Of a DNA stretch of 64,000 bases, positions 29,218 through 39,100 are shown piece after piece (position 1 is the stretch's first letter; every line of letters starts with the position of its first letter). The stretch covers positions 60,242-124,241 of the forward strand of contig JANOAV010000086.1 of assembly GCA_031411295.1 (NCBI GenBank), given 5' to 3'. Source of the DNA: Verrucomicrobiales bacterium (GTDB taxonomy: Bacteria; Verrucomicrobiota; Verrucomicrobiia; Verrucomicrobiales; V1-33). Position numbers and translations under genes: made by a program. Below the pieces are notes generated by a model. It was not told the origin of the DNA and made no database searches. It was given only the letters and a program-made list of their open reading frames with translations.

Positions 29218-29682
29218 ATGAACGTCCTCAAACCAGTGCTGATCCTCCTCCTCTGCTACGGCATCGGCTGTGCGGTTACCGCTTTGTATTTGGTGAAATG
29301 GCGCACGGGTCTCGACTTGCGGGAACTCCACAGCGGCACCACGGGGGCCCGTAATGCTGGACGCGTGCTGGGAAAATTTGCGTTTCGCCTGGTCGCGTTG
29401 ATCGATGTCCTGCGGGGCGTTCTGACCATTTGTCTCGCCTCCCACTTTGGGTTGCAGGATTGGTGGCTCATGGCGGCTGGTCTGGCAGTCTTGGCAGGAC
29501 ATCTGTGGCCCATGCAGTTGCGCTTCCATGGTGGGAAAGGCGTGGCCGTGGGTGCGGGCGTGCTGGTCTCACTACTGCCCTGGCGCACCGCCGCGGAATG
29601 GGGCTTGGTCGCCATCGTCACTCTTGTCGTGGTCTGGAGCCACAAACACCAACGGAAACCTTATTGCACCAATGAACTATGA
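29218..29682 (+). CDS. plsY: Short PlsY-family (glycerol-3-phosphate acyltransferase-like) membrane protein
   Basis: DLRELHSGTTGARNAGR (motif 1 variant), DVLRG, GHLWP....FHGGKGVA (motif 2). Shorter than a typical PlsY. Confidence 0.8.
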   Translation: MNVLKPVLILLLCYGIGCAVTALYLVKWRTGLDLRELHSGTTGARNAGRVLGKFAFRLVALIDVLRGVLTICLASHFGLQDWWLMAAGLAVLAGHLWPMQLRFHGGKGVAVGAGVLVSLLPWRTAAEWGLVAIVTLVVVWSHKHQRKPYCTNEL

Positions 29683-31271
29683 GTGAACGACTGCAATTCA
29701 AGATTGCTGAGGAGCACCATTTCGATGCCATCCACGCGCTGAATTACCGCACCTTTGTCGAAGAATTTCCGCAACATGCCCCCAACGCGGATCATCGCTT
29801 GGTGGATCGATTCCATCAGGAAAACACTTACCTTATCGCCCTGGCAGAAGATCAACTGGCAGGCATGCTAGCGTTGCGCGCCCAGCGACCGTTCTCATTG
29901 GATGCCAAACTGCCAGAGCTGGACTCCTACCTGCCTCCGGGCCGACGCTGGGCAGAAATTAGGCTGCTGGCCGTGGCCGCAACCCGACGCGGTTCAGCGG
30001 TGTTGCCCGGGCTCCTCCGGTTGCTGGAACGCGAGTGTCTGCTGCGTGAGGTGGACGCCGTCGTCGTCTCTGCTACCATCCGGCAACTCAAGCTTTATCG
30101 CCACTTGGGTTTCCAACCCTTTGGTCCGCTGGTGGGACCAACCGGGGCGCAGTATCAACCGATGTATTTGGAGATTGAGCGGTTCCAAGCCGCCACCGCA
30201 GCACCGTTGAAACGACGGGTGGTCAATCTCTGGCCCGGGCCAGTCACCGTGTCCGCGGCCGTGCAGCGGGCGTTTCATGGGGCTCCAGCGTCGCATCGTG
30301 GCGCAAGCGTGCTGGCCATGATCAAGCAATGTCGCGCGGCTCTGTGCTCACTGACTGGGGCCCCGCAGGCCGCGTTAGTTCCCGGCGGTGGCACGATGGC
30401 GAACGAGGTCGTCTGTGCCCAGATCGCCCAACTCCCCGGCCATGGACTCGTGGTCAGCCATGGCGAGTTCGGGGAGCGCTTGGCCGATCACGCCCGCCGG
30501 GCGCAGTTGTCCCATCATCACTGGGCGCAACCATGGACGGAGCCAATCGATTTTCCCGGCTTGGAGGCTTGGTTGGAGGCCCATCCGGAAACGCAGTGGC
30601 TCTGGGCGGTGCATTGTGAAACGAGCACGGGAGCCAGCACCGCCCCTGCCGCGTGGCGCGCCCTCTGCGAACCACGCGGCATCACGATCTGTCTGGACTG
30701 CGTCAGCTCGTTGGGTGCGCTACCTGTGGATCTGTCCGGCATTGCTCTGGCCTCAGGCAGCAGCGGCAAAGGCCTGGCCGCCCTGGCCGGGATTGGCATT
30801 GTCTTCCACCGCCAGATCCCCCCGACCTCCGGTCGGGTGCCGCGCGCCCTCGATCTGGCGCTCTATGCGACGGCGGAGGGCGTCCCCTTCACGATCAATG
30901 CAAATTTAGTTGCCGCACTGCAAACTTCGCTCGCCCAAACCGATTGGCCCCAGAAGCTCGACCGTGTCGCCCGCATGGGAACCGAACTCCGCGCAGCGCT
31001 CCAAGCCCACGGCTTCGTGCTTGCAGCCTCAGATGCCACCTCGGTGCTAACCATCAACCTGCCTGCCGCCGTGAATTCGCTCAAGGTGGCGGACAAACTG
31101 GAGCCACTCGGCTGGCTCGTGGCCGCCCGCAGCCGCCATTTGCAGGAACGTAATCAGCTCCAGATCTGCCTCTTGGGCGAACTGCCGGCAGCGGCAGTAT
31201 CCGGACTGCCGGAAATATTGCATCGCGTGGTCCATGGATCGGGGACGACAGTGCCTCACGCCATCAGTTGA
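29679..31271 (+). CDS. GNAT (N-acyltransferase) fused to a class V PLP-dependent aminotransferase
   Basis: N-terminal GNAT (IHALNYRTFVEE, EIRLLAV, LYRHLGFQPFG). C-terminal class V motifs (NLWPGPV, SHRG, GGTMANE, VHCETSTG, LDCVSSLG, SGKGL with the PLP Lys). ATGA overlap with plsY. Confidence 0.88.
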   Translation: MSERLQFKIAEEHHFDAIHALNYRTFVEEFPQHAPNADHRLVDRFHQENTYLIALAEDQLAGMLALRAQRPFSLDAKLPELDSYLPPGRRWAEIRLLAVAATRRGSAVLPGLLRLLERECLLREVDAVVVSATIRQLKLYRHLGFQPFGPLVGPTGAQYQPMYLEIERFQAATAAPLKRRVVNLWPGPVTVSAAVQRAFHGAPASHRGASVLAMIKQCRAALCSLTGAPQAALVPGGGTMANEVVCAQIAQLPGHGLVVSHGEFGERLADHARRAQLSHHHWAQPWTEPIDFPGLEAWLEAHPETQWLWAVHCETSTGASTAPAAWRALCEPRGITICLDCVSSLGALPVDLSGIALASGSSGKGLAALAGIGIVFHRQIPPTSGRVPRALDLALYATAEGVPFTINANLVAALQTSLAQTDWPQKLDRVARMGTELRAALQAHGFVLAASDATSVLTINLPAAVNSLKVADKLEPLGWLVAARSRHLQERNQLQICLLGELPAAAVSGLPEILHRVVHGSGTTVPHAIS

Positions 31272-32686
31272 GCAATCGGATCCGCTCCTTCCACGCCGAC
31301 TAACTTCTGATCCAGACCGCTGTAGAAGTAGCTGAGCGCGTTAGGATCCAAGCCCATCTGCGCCAGCACAGTGGCATGAAGGTTCTTGACTTTGAAACGA
31401 TCTTTCACCGCCTGGGAACCCAATTCATCGGTCTCGCCCACGCTGATGCCGCCTTTGATGCCGCCGCCGGCCATCCACATGGTGAAGCCGTAGGCATTGT
31501 GATCGCGACCACTGCCATTGGCGTATTCAGCGGTCGGTTGACGCCCGAATTCTCCACCCCAGACGACCAAGGTTTCGTCCAGCAGGCCGCGGCGTTTTAA
31601 GTCCTTGAGCAAACCGGCCACGGCTTTGTCGGTTTCTCCGGCGTGTAAATTGTGATTCTTTTCCAAGTCGCCATGCGCATCCCAGTTCTGATCATTGTGG
31701 GCTCCGCCGGAGTAAATCTGGATGAAGCGCACGCCGCGTTCCACCAACCGCCGGGCTAGCAGGCACTTGCGGCCAAATTCAGCCGTGCGGGGTTCGTCGA
31801 TGCCGTAGAGTGATTTCGTTTCCGCAGACTCCGCGTCGATTTCAATGGCCTCGGGAGCCGTAGCCTGCATCCGATAAGCCAGTTCATAGCTGGCGATGCG
31901 GGCGGCCAGATTACTGTTATCCAACCGTTCGTCGGCATGCCCTTGATTCAGGTGATTCAAGGAGGTCAACAACGAGCGCTGCTCCGGGACGCTCATTTTG
32001 CTAACGTTCTGCAAATTCAAAATGGGCGATCCCTGACTGCGGAAGACCACGCCTTGGTAGCCCGCGGGCATGTAGCCGCTGGTCCAGTTCTTGGCTCCGG
32101 AAATGGGACCACCGCTTTGGTCCAACATGACCACGAAGCCTGGCAAATTTTCGTTGATCGTCCCCAATCCATAATTCACCCAACTGCCCAGGCAGGGTTT
32201 CCCGCTGATGAGACTCCCACTGTTCATCATCAACATGGCCGAGCCGTGGATGGGCGATTCCGCGGTCATGCTGTGGATAAAGGCGATGTCATCCACGCAG
32301 GTGGCGGTGTGCGGGAAGAGTTCGCTCACCCACTTCCCGCATTCACCATATTGATTGAATTTCCAGCGGGGCTCGACGATGCGACCCTGATTCTTGTGAC
32401 CACCACGGCCGAAGGTTTTGACCTCGATGGTCTTCCCATCCATCCCCACCATGTTCGGCTTGTAGTCGAAGGTATCAATGTGGCTGGGTCCGCCATACAT
32501 GAAGAGAAAAATGACGCTTTTGGCCTTCGGGGCCAACGTGCCGCCTTTCGGGGCCAGCGGATTGGCGCTGGCGATGTTTCCCGCACCCTTGGCTTCCTGC
32601 GCCAATAGGCCACTCAGAGCCAGCGCAGGGATCCCGCCCATGACTTGGCCCATAACTTCGCGACGTGTGTATCGATGGCAATGCAT
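31256..32686 (-). CDS. DUF1501 family protein
   Basis: Tat-like TRRE, KAKSVIFLFMYGGPSHIDTFDYKP, LLARRLVERGVRF, WDAH, GEFGRQP, GRDHN, WMAGGGIKGG. Confidence 0.92.
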   Translation of the reverse strand: MHCHRYTRREVMGQVMGGIPALALSGLLAQEAKGAGNIASANPLAPKGGTLAPKAKSVIFLFMYGGPSHIDTFDYKPNMVGMDGKTIEVKTFGRGGHKNQGRIVEPRWKFNQYGECGKWVSELFPHTATCVDDIAFIHSMTAESPIHGSAMLMMNSGSLISGKPCLGSWVNYGLGTINENLPGFVVMLDQSGGPISGAKNWTSGYMPAGYQGVVFRSQGSPILNLQNVSKMSVPEQRSLLTSLNHLNQGHADERLDNSNLAARIASYELAYRMQATAPEAIEIDAESAETKSLYGIDEPRTAEFGRKCLLARRLVERGVRFIQIYSGGAHNDQNWDAHGDLEKNHNLHAGETDKAVAGLLKDLKRRGLLDETLVVWGGEFGRQPTAEYANGSGRDHNAYGFTMWMAGGGIKGGISVGETDELGSQAVKDRFKVKNLHATVLAQMGLDPNALSYFYSGLDQKLVGVEGADPIAQLMA

Positions 32687-32831
32687 GGCACAAAATGGCC
32701 ACAACTTTCACGTGGGCAACTATTTCCTGCCTACGCAAGCAATGTGTTTCCACCGATGGCACCGATTTTGCTTCTTTTTTAGGTGAAATAATGTTCAATG
32801 GCGCTTCGTATGTTCCGCGCCTACTCGTTAC

Positions 32832-33746
32832 ATGAAGTCCGAAGACCAACAACCCACCCTCCTTAACCTCGCTGATGGCAGCCAGCATATCCTCTCGGAT
32901 GTGACCATTTTTGGTCGCAAGTCGGATTCTGCCGTGCATTTGGTGGACACTCGCGTGTCCCGCCGCCATGCCATGATCCGTAGTCAGGAGGGCGGCCAGT
33001 ATTGGTTCTACGATTTGGGCAGCTTCAACGGAAGCTACATCAACGACGAACGCGTGACCGCCACCCGGCAGTTGGAAGCCAACGATGTTATCCGCATCTG
33101 CGATCATCAATTCCGTTTCCTCATGCTGGCACCCGGCCAATCCCCCGCCACCCCGGAATGGGATGTGCAGACGGTGCCGATGCTCATTCTGGTCAGCGAC
33201 ATCAAGGGATTCACCCGGCTTTCCGAAATGATTCCCCATGAGGAACTGGCGCAGGCCATCGGGAGTTGGTATGACTATTGCACGGAAATTTTGACCGAGC
33301 ACGGAGCCGCCATCGACAAATTCATTGGCGATGCCGTTTTGGCTTACTGGACGGACGTGTCCCCGAATGCCCGGAAATGGGCCGTCATGGCTGCGCGCGA
33401 GCTGCGGCGGGGATGCGAGGAAATTGGCGAGCAACTACGCTACACCTTCGAGCGCTATGGTGGTGAGTTCGGTTCCGGAGTCGGCCTGCATTCGGGGGAT
33501 GTGGCTTACGGTCAGTTTGGTCAGGGCGGACTGACGATGCTGGGTGACGCGGTGAATACCACCTTCCGCATTCAGGCCGCCACGCGGACACTGGGTCATG
33601 ATGTGCTGGTCAGCGGAGATTTCTTCGAGCCCTGGCCGGAAGGATTGCGCTATACGCAGTCATTGGGCATTCACGAACTGAAAGGCCGCCAGGCCCCAGT
33701 GGAATTATTCGCCCTGGACACCACCCCCACGTTGTTGATTTCATGA
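32832..33746 (+). CDS. FHA-domain class III adenylate cyclase
   Basis: FHA motifs (FGR, VSRRHA, DLGSFNGSYIN). Cyclase motifs (VSDIKGFT, DKFIGDAV, GVGLHSG, GDAVNTTFRI). Confidence 0.9.
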   Translation: MKSEDQQPTLLNLADGSQHILSDVTIFGRKSDSAVHLVDTRVSRRHAMIRSQEGGQYWFYDLGSFNGSYINDERVTATRQLEANDVIRICDHQFRFLMLAPGQSPATPEWDVQTVPMLILVSDIKGFTRLSEMIPHEELAQAIGSWYDYCTEILTEHGAAIDKFIGDAVLAYWTDVSPNARKWAVMAARELRRGCEEIGEQLRYTFERYGGEFGSGVGLHSGDVAYGQFGQGGLTMLGDAVNTTFRIQAATRTLGHDVLVSGDFFEPWPEGLRYTQSLGIHELKGRQAPVELFALDTTPTLLIS

Positions 33747-35365
33747 GCGATTTGCCGGCTGGAAACAGCAAGCCAACGAGACCAGAAAGCCGCCGCAGCA
33801 TCATCATCGTGGCGGTGCTCTGCGGGTCATTTCTCTGGTGGTGGTTCACGCTGGACCCCACTCCAGAAGCCGTGGGGCCGCTGGGACTGGTGGACCGCGC
33901 ATTAAAGGAAGAAATGCAGGAGGCCCCGAACGCCCGCACGGGCCGTCCCCTGCCGCTGGATTTCGATTTACTGGAGCTGGCGATGGGATTCCTGCGTTCA
34001 GGCAAATTTAACGAGGCCACGAATCTCACCCTGGCCGTGCAAGCGCCCATCCTGCAGGCCCGCGGGCTGCGCGCGGTGGCTTATGGGTATCTGGCGAAGG
34101 ACTCCGGAGCCATGGGGGCCGCGCTGCAAGTGCTCAACCAGATTACCGATCCCACCCTGCGCGACGCGGCCAGGGAGTATGTCCTGGTGGATCTCACACG
34201 ATTGGGTTTTGCGGACATTGCCTGGGAGCAACAGCCCTCGCTGGCGCTCAAGGTCTCCCTCATCCGCAACATGGCGGAAAGCGATGCCCAAGCCGAGGCC
34301 ACACGCCAGTTGGCGACCGTAGAGCCGGAAGTGCTGGCGCTGTCACCAGTGCCGCCCGCATTACTTGCGGAACTCGCGTGGACCCATTTGGCCTTGCGCC
34401 ACACGGACCAAGTCTTCGCCATGGCTCCGAAACTCGCCCCCGCCGCCCAGGACGAAATTTATCTGGAACTCTTCCGCATGGTCCGCTTGGACAACCCCGA
34501 CCTGGCCAAAGCCACCTTGGAACGCTTGCCCGCCCACCTCCACTGGCGTGCCCGGATCGAGGCCGCCAAACTGAACGGCACCTTGGAAACTTCCGCGCAA
34601 CTGCTGACGGAATTGGCCGCCAAAGTTGCCAGTGAGCCGACCATCGAGCACACGCTGCTGCTCACCAAAGCGCAATGGCAGCTCAACCAGCCGGAAACCG
34701 ATGCCTGGCGGAAGTCGGCTGTGCAGTTGGAGCAACTCCTGGAAACCGCTCCCGTGGAAATGCAATTAAAGCACTGGCTGACCTTGGCCCAGCTCTACTA
34801 CGACGCGCTGGATGCCACCGAGGGGCATCGTTTGCTGGAACGCGTGAGGCTGAAAACCACCACGCTCCCAGATGCCGTGACGCGTTTGCCGCATTTGGCC
34901 AACCTCCTGGATGCCGCCTTCCGCAATGCAGAAACTAACTACGTCCCCCAATTGCTGCGCGATGTCGATCCAGACCTACAGGCCCTGCCGGCAACGCTGC
35001 CAGAGGCACTCACGCCGGCCCTGCGGCAAATCTGTGTCGCCCGCTTTCGGGAGGGGAATTGGCTGACCGTGCTCTCACTCGTGCCCAAGTTTCCCCCAGC
35101 CACGCAGACGGCTTTGCTCACTGCCTTGGCGGATTTACCCGTTGAATCCAGTGCCGGACAGGGCTTCGCAGTCTCCCAGGATGAATCGTTAGCCAGTTTC
35201 CGCCAAGTGGCCACCAGTCAGGGCGAAACCGAAGCCGCCAAACTAGCCGTGCGCCAACCGACTGGGCTGGCCCGCGCCCGCGCCTGGCTGGAGATCGCCA
35301 AGGGGCTGGTGCTGAAAGCCGTGCTGGACAACGAACTCACCAGTCCGCCGCCCGTGCCCATGTGA
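33743..35365 (+). CDS. Membrane-anchored helical-repeat hypothetical protein
   Basis: N-terminal TM and Ala/Leu-rich helical repeats; ATGA overlap with the cyclase gene. Confidence 0.7.
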   Translation: MSDLPAGNSKPTRPESRRSIIIVAVLCGSFLWWWFTLDPTPEAVGPLGLVDRALKEEMQEAPNARTGRPLPLDFDLLELAMGFLRSGKFNEATNLTLAVQAPILQARGLRAVAYGYLAKDSGAMGAALQVLNQITDPTLRDAAREYVLVDLTRLGFADIAWEQQPSLALKVSLIRNMAESDAQAEATRQLATVEPEVLALSPVPPALLAELAWTHLALRHTDQVFAMAPKLAPAAQDEIYLELFRMVRLDNPDLAKATLERLPAHLHWRARIEAAKLNGTLETSAQLLTELAAKVASEPTIEHTLLLTKAQWQLNQPETDAWRKSAVQLEQLLETAPVEMQLKHWLTLAQLYYDALDATEGHRLLERVRLKTTTLPDAVTRLPHLANLLDAAFRNAETNYVPQLLRDVDPDLQALPATLPEALTPALRQICVARFREGNWLTVLSLVPKFPPATQTALLTALADLPVESSAGQGFAVSQDESLASFRQVATSQGETEAAKLAVRQPTGLARARAWLEIAKGLVLKAVLDNELTSPPPVPM

Positions 35366-35394
35366 CATTGACATTTAGCTGTCAGCGTTTTTGT

Positions 35395-35422
35395 TTGACA
35401 ACACTTTTATAACAACTAGTCT
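35395..35422 (+). promoter_or_regulatory. Candidate sigma70 promoter for the RHS module
   Basis: TTGACA (35395-35400), 16-nt spacer, TAGTCT (35417-35422), ending 9 nt before ATG 35432. Confidence 0.45.
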
Positions 35423-35431
35423 AACCACACT

Positions 35432-36142
35432 ATGCCCGATTACACTCCTGCTTTTCAAACAAGAAAACGACTCCTTGTTGGATTTTTGGCAGCGCTGTGT
35501 ATCGGGACGGCAGTGATTTTGTGGCTAGGCTTAAGCCCATTTAAGGCAGGAGAGAAAAGCGCAGCAGTCGAGTCCGTGACGCCCCAAGCCGTGCAGCAGA
35601 CACTAACATCCCCCACCCCACAAGCGCCCGCTATTCCAATCTTAGCGGTTAAGAAATCAGGTGATTCCGAAGCAAATCCGCATTTAGCCTCAGTCAAGCG
35701 ACGGGTGGAGAATGGCTACACTGTTTTAGATTGGCCTAACGGTAAACCCTTCGTGCGAGGTGAGGAGATTATCGCCTACATTGAGCGTTCCGCCACGGAG
35801 GAGAAGTATAAAAGTGGCCCCAATCAAGTCGGTCGGTATCCTCGCGTTTTCGTCGATCCTCAAGAAACCGTTAAAGTAAAATTGGAATTTCCCACCTCCC
35901 CGACCGATACCCCGGTGGCGGTTTGGCAGGAGGATGGAGGCAAACTCCTCGTATCCGATGAGGTTCAAAATAGTGTTGCTCTCAAGGTGGATGCCAACCA
36001 CAGCGTCGAATTTCAATTCACTGCGACCAGCAACCAGGGAATGCATCGTGTGGTCTTCCACACCCCAGGTGGCCAGCCACGTATTCTCAATTTCTGGGTT
36101 GGGGAGGACAATGTCTATGAGCGCGACCCCAAGCCATTTTAA
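35432..36142 (+). CDS. Membrane-anchored hypothetical protein upstream of RHS
   Basis: N-terminal TM, a Pro/Thr linker and a beta-rich C-terminal domain. Confidence 0.72.
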   Translation: MPDYTPAFQTRKRLLVGFLAALCIGTAVILWLGLSPFKAGEKSAAVESVTPQAVQQTLTSPTPQAPAIPILAVKKSGDSEANPHLASVKRRVENGYTVLDWPNGKPFVRGEEIIAYIERSATEEKYKSGPNQVGRYPRVFVDPQETVKVKLEFPTSPTDTPVAVWQEDGGKLLVSDEVQNSVALKVDANHSVEFQFTATSNQGMHRVVFHTPGGQPRILNFWVGEDNVYERDPKPF

Positions 36143-36189
36143 GCCATCAGATTTACCAAGAATTTAGTTCCACCTAACCACACTAAGAT

Positions 36190-39100
36190 ATGAAGAAATC
36201 AGTCCTCTTTGTTTTGGGCCTATTTGCTAGCGGCGTGCTCTCCGGGCAGACCACGCCTCCTGAAATTTTTCCACACTGCCTGAATGACGAAGACCCTTCG
36301 AGGATTTGTCCAGAGTGCCCTGAGGAGGATTCGCTTTGCGAAGGCTCTGAAGGAACAGCTACGAATAGCGGAAATGGACAAGTCACCACGCATGACGCTC
36401 AGGTCGGGGGTGCGCTAGGCACTTCTATTAGCAATCATGGTATGGGGCGCAGCTACTTAGATGGCAACGGTGTGGGGCCTGTGAATGGCGGCATGCCGCT
36501 GGCCTTTGAGCGCATTGGCACCACTCGCATTGCCACCCAGAATTACTTGGAGGGACGCTTTGGCCAAGGTGGAGCTTGGGTTCATAATTATTCCTACTCG
36601 GCGTATGATGAAACGGACTCCAATGACAAAATTGGCATCGCGTTCAGTCTCCCCACGGGTAGAGAGGTGCATTTTCGGTGGTCGGCCAGCCAGACTCAAT
36701 GGTTAATTTCCTCCATTAATACTGAGTCTGGGGCTTTAGTGACGAGAGCCAATTTACCCTACTCCATCACCGTCGCTGGAAGTGATTACACCTTGACCGA
36801 GGCGAGCGGCAAGAAATATCTCTTCAAGCGGATCCCTGTTCCTGGATCCAGCCCCACGACTTATTTCTACCGCATCGACCGGGTAACAGATGTTTACGGC
36901 CATAACCATATTTTTGGCTATGACACCGCCGCTTCCGCAGACCCGGCCTCAGTTACAGATGGGACTGGCTCCAAACTCATCTTCACCTACAATACGGTGG
37001 CCAGTGCAGCTGTAGAGCGGGTGCGTTTTGATAAGAGAGTAACTACGTCAGGCATGACAGACCTCCGCACTGAAAACTACAGCGATGAGCGCCTCCCCGG
37101 GCTTGTGGATACAAATGCAGCCACGCTGGGAGCGTGGATGAGTTTTGAAATCACAGATACCTCATCAATTGCAGCCATCCCAGCTTGTCAAATGTGGGCA
37201 GTATTCACAACCAACCGAGGGGCTTCGAGCGTGCCACTGGCCATTGGAGAAATCGAGCTTTACGACGAGACTGGTGCCATCATTACGGGAGGCACGGCGT
37301 TTGGCAGTCCTGGGGTGGATACTTCCCACGAAGCGGCCAAGGTTCGCGACAACATCGCCACGAATGCGGCCGATCTCGCTGCTGCGAACTGCTGGCGTCC
37401 GTCTTTCCAGCGCAATGCTTATTGCGGTGTGGACTTCGGCACCCTGCGTAAAAAAGTCCGCAAGGTGCGGCTGTGGATTCCTGATGTGCCAGGTGTTACC
37501 CGGATTAGCGGGGCGGTGCGTAACGCTTCCTTTCAGATTGTGGGGATGCAGAGTGGCCTCGCACAGCCTCAAAAGGTATTGGCGCAAGTAGTAGGCAGGC
37601 ACGCTAGCGCGCCCACTGAGGACGCCGTTTCTCTTGACTTCACCTATGCCGAACAAGGTGATGGCATTTTCGGACGGGTAAACTTGGATGACGTTTATAA
37701 TAACAACAATGTGTCAGTTGCTTCGAACGACTACTATCAAATACGCCCCTATACCCGTAATGTCCTATCGGGATCGTATGATACCAACTCCAAGTCCTCC
37801 GTCAGTCATCGGGCCGAATTCTACACTGATGGCTCATTGGGCACCGTTTGGAAAAACTATGCGGGGGATATGCAGAATGGAGTAGGTAACGTCAATCTGC
37901 TGCGCACCACCTTGACGGCCCAGGACGCGTCACATCCCATCATGACAACTGGCAATAAAGCGGTGCGTTACAGTATGAACAGCGGCACGGGATATAGTGG
38001 TGCCGCAGTCACTGTTTCCAACGGCAATGTCCGCAAGAAGGAGTTCACCACCACCGCTAACTCTGCAACAACGACCACTCAGAAGTTCTTTACCTACCAC
38101 AACAGTGGCGCAGGATTCCTAGCCACTAAGCGCGACCAAAATGGCAACCTCACTGAATACGCACGCGACTCTTTCGGTAGAGCCACTTCAATTAAAACCT
38201 ACGACGGAGCTCCCTTACTCCAAAATTCCGAAACTACGTTTTCAGGCCCCCTTGTTACTCAGAAAAAAGTCACCAACTATCGTCCTGACGGCACCTCTGA
38301 TATCCGTATTACAGATTATGCCTACACCGCTGGCCAACTCAGCAGTATTACCTACCCTACAGATGCCATGAATCGGCGTGCTGTGGAGAGCTGGACCTAT
38401 AGTTCGCTGCCTGGTTCGCTTGAGAAAGTAATCGCCTCACATACCTTCTCAGACGGAAGCGTGGAATCCTGGGCTCGCAATCCCACCACTGGCTTGGTCA
38501 CCAGCCACACGAACCGCCATGGAGCCACCACTACCTATGCTCAAGTCTATGGTTATAGCCCCACCATCACGACCACCGACCCATTCAGCTTTACCTCTTC
38601 CGTGTGGACTAATGGTGATCAGACCATAGCAACCAACGCAAATAGCCGGGACGATTGGATGAGCGGTTTCCCTGGCAGCTTCGGCGCGGAGTATTCATTC
38701 TCAGATGTGCCAGGAGTCGGGGCACTAAACGGGCGTTGGATTTACAAGGATGATCTCCGACGCGTCGTCAAAACGGAAGATGATCTTGGCCGCATCACCC
38801 TCACGGAATATGAGTCGCCCACAGGAGGAGGAGGATGTGGATGTAACAGTGGCGCCAACCCCACCCTAATTACCGCCCCTGACGGTAGCAAGACACGCTT
38901 TTATTACGATGGCGCCTGGCGTCGCACTGCCATGATCGTGGCGGCTGATACTACCCAAGCGGTGCGCACGGATTATGAATACGACTCCGTAGGGAATTTG
39001 ACGAAGGAATATCTGCCCTATGCTGGCGGCACCACGCGCCCTACCAATCACCCCTACACAGAACATACCTATGACGGCAACAACCGCCGTAAACAAACGG

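Noticed and set aside
32475..33434. 319-aa minus-strand ORF
   Set aside because: Antisense to the FHA-cyclase gene and has no motifs.
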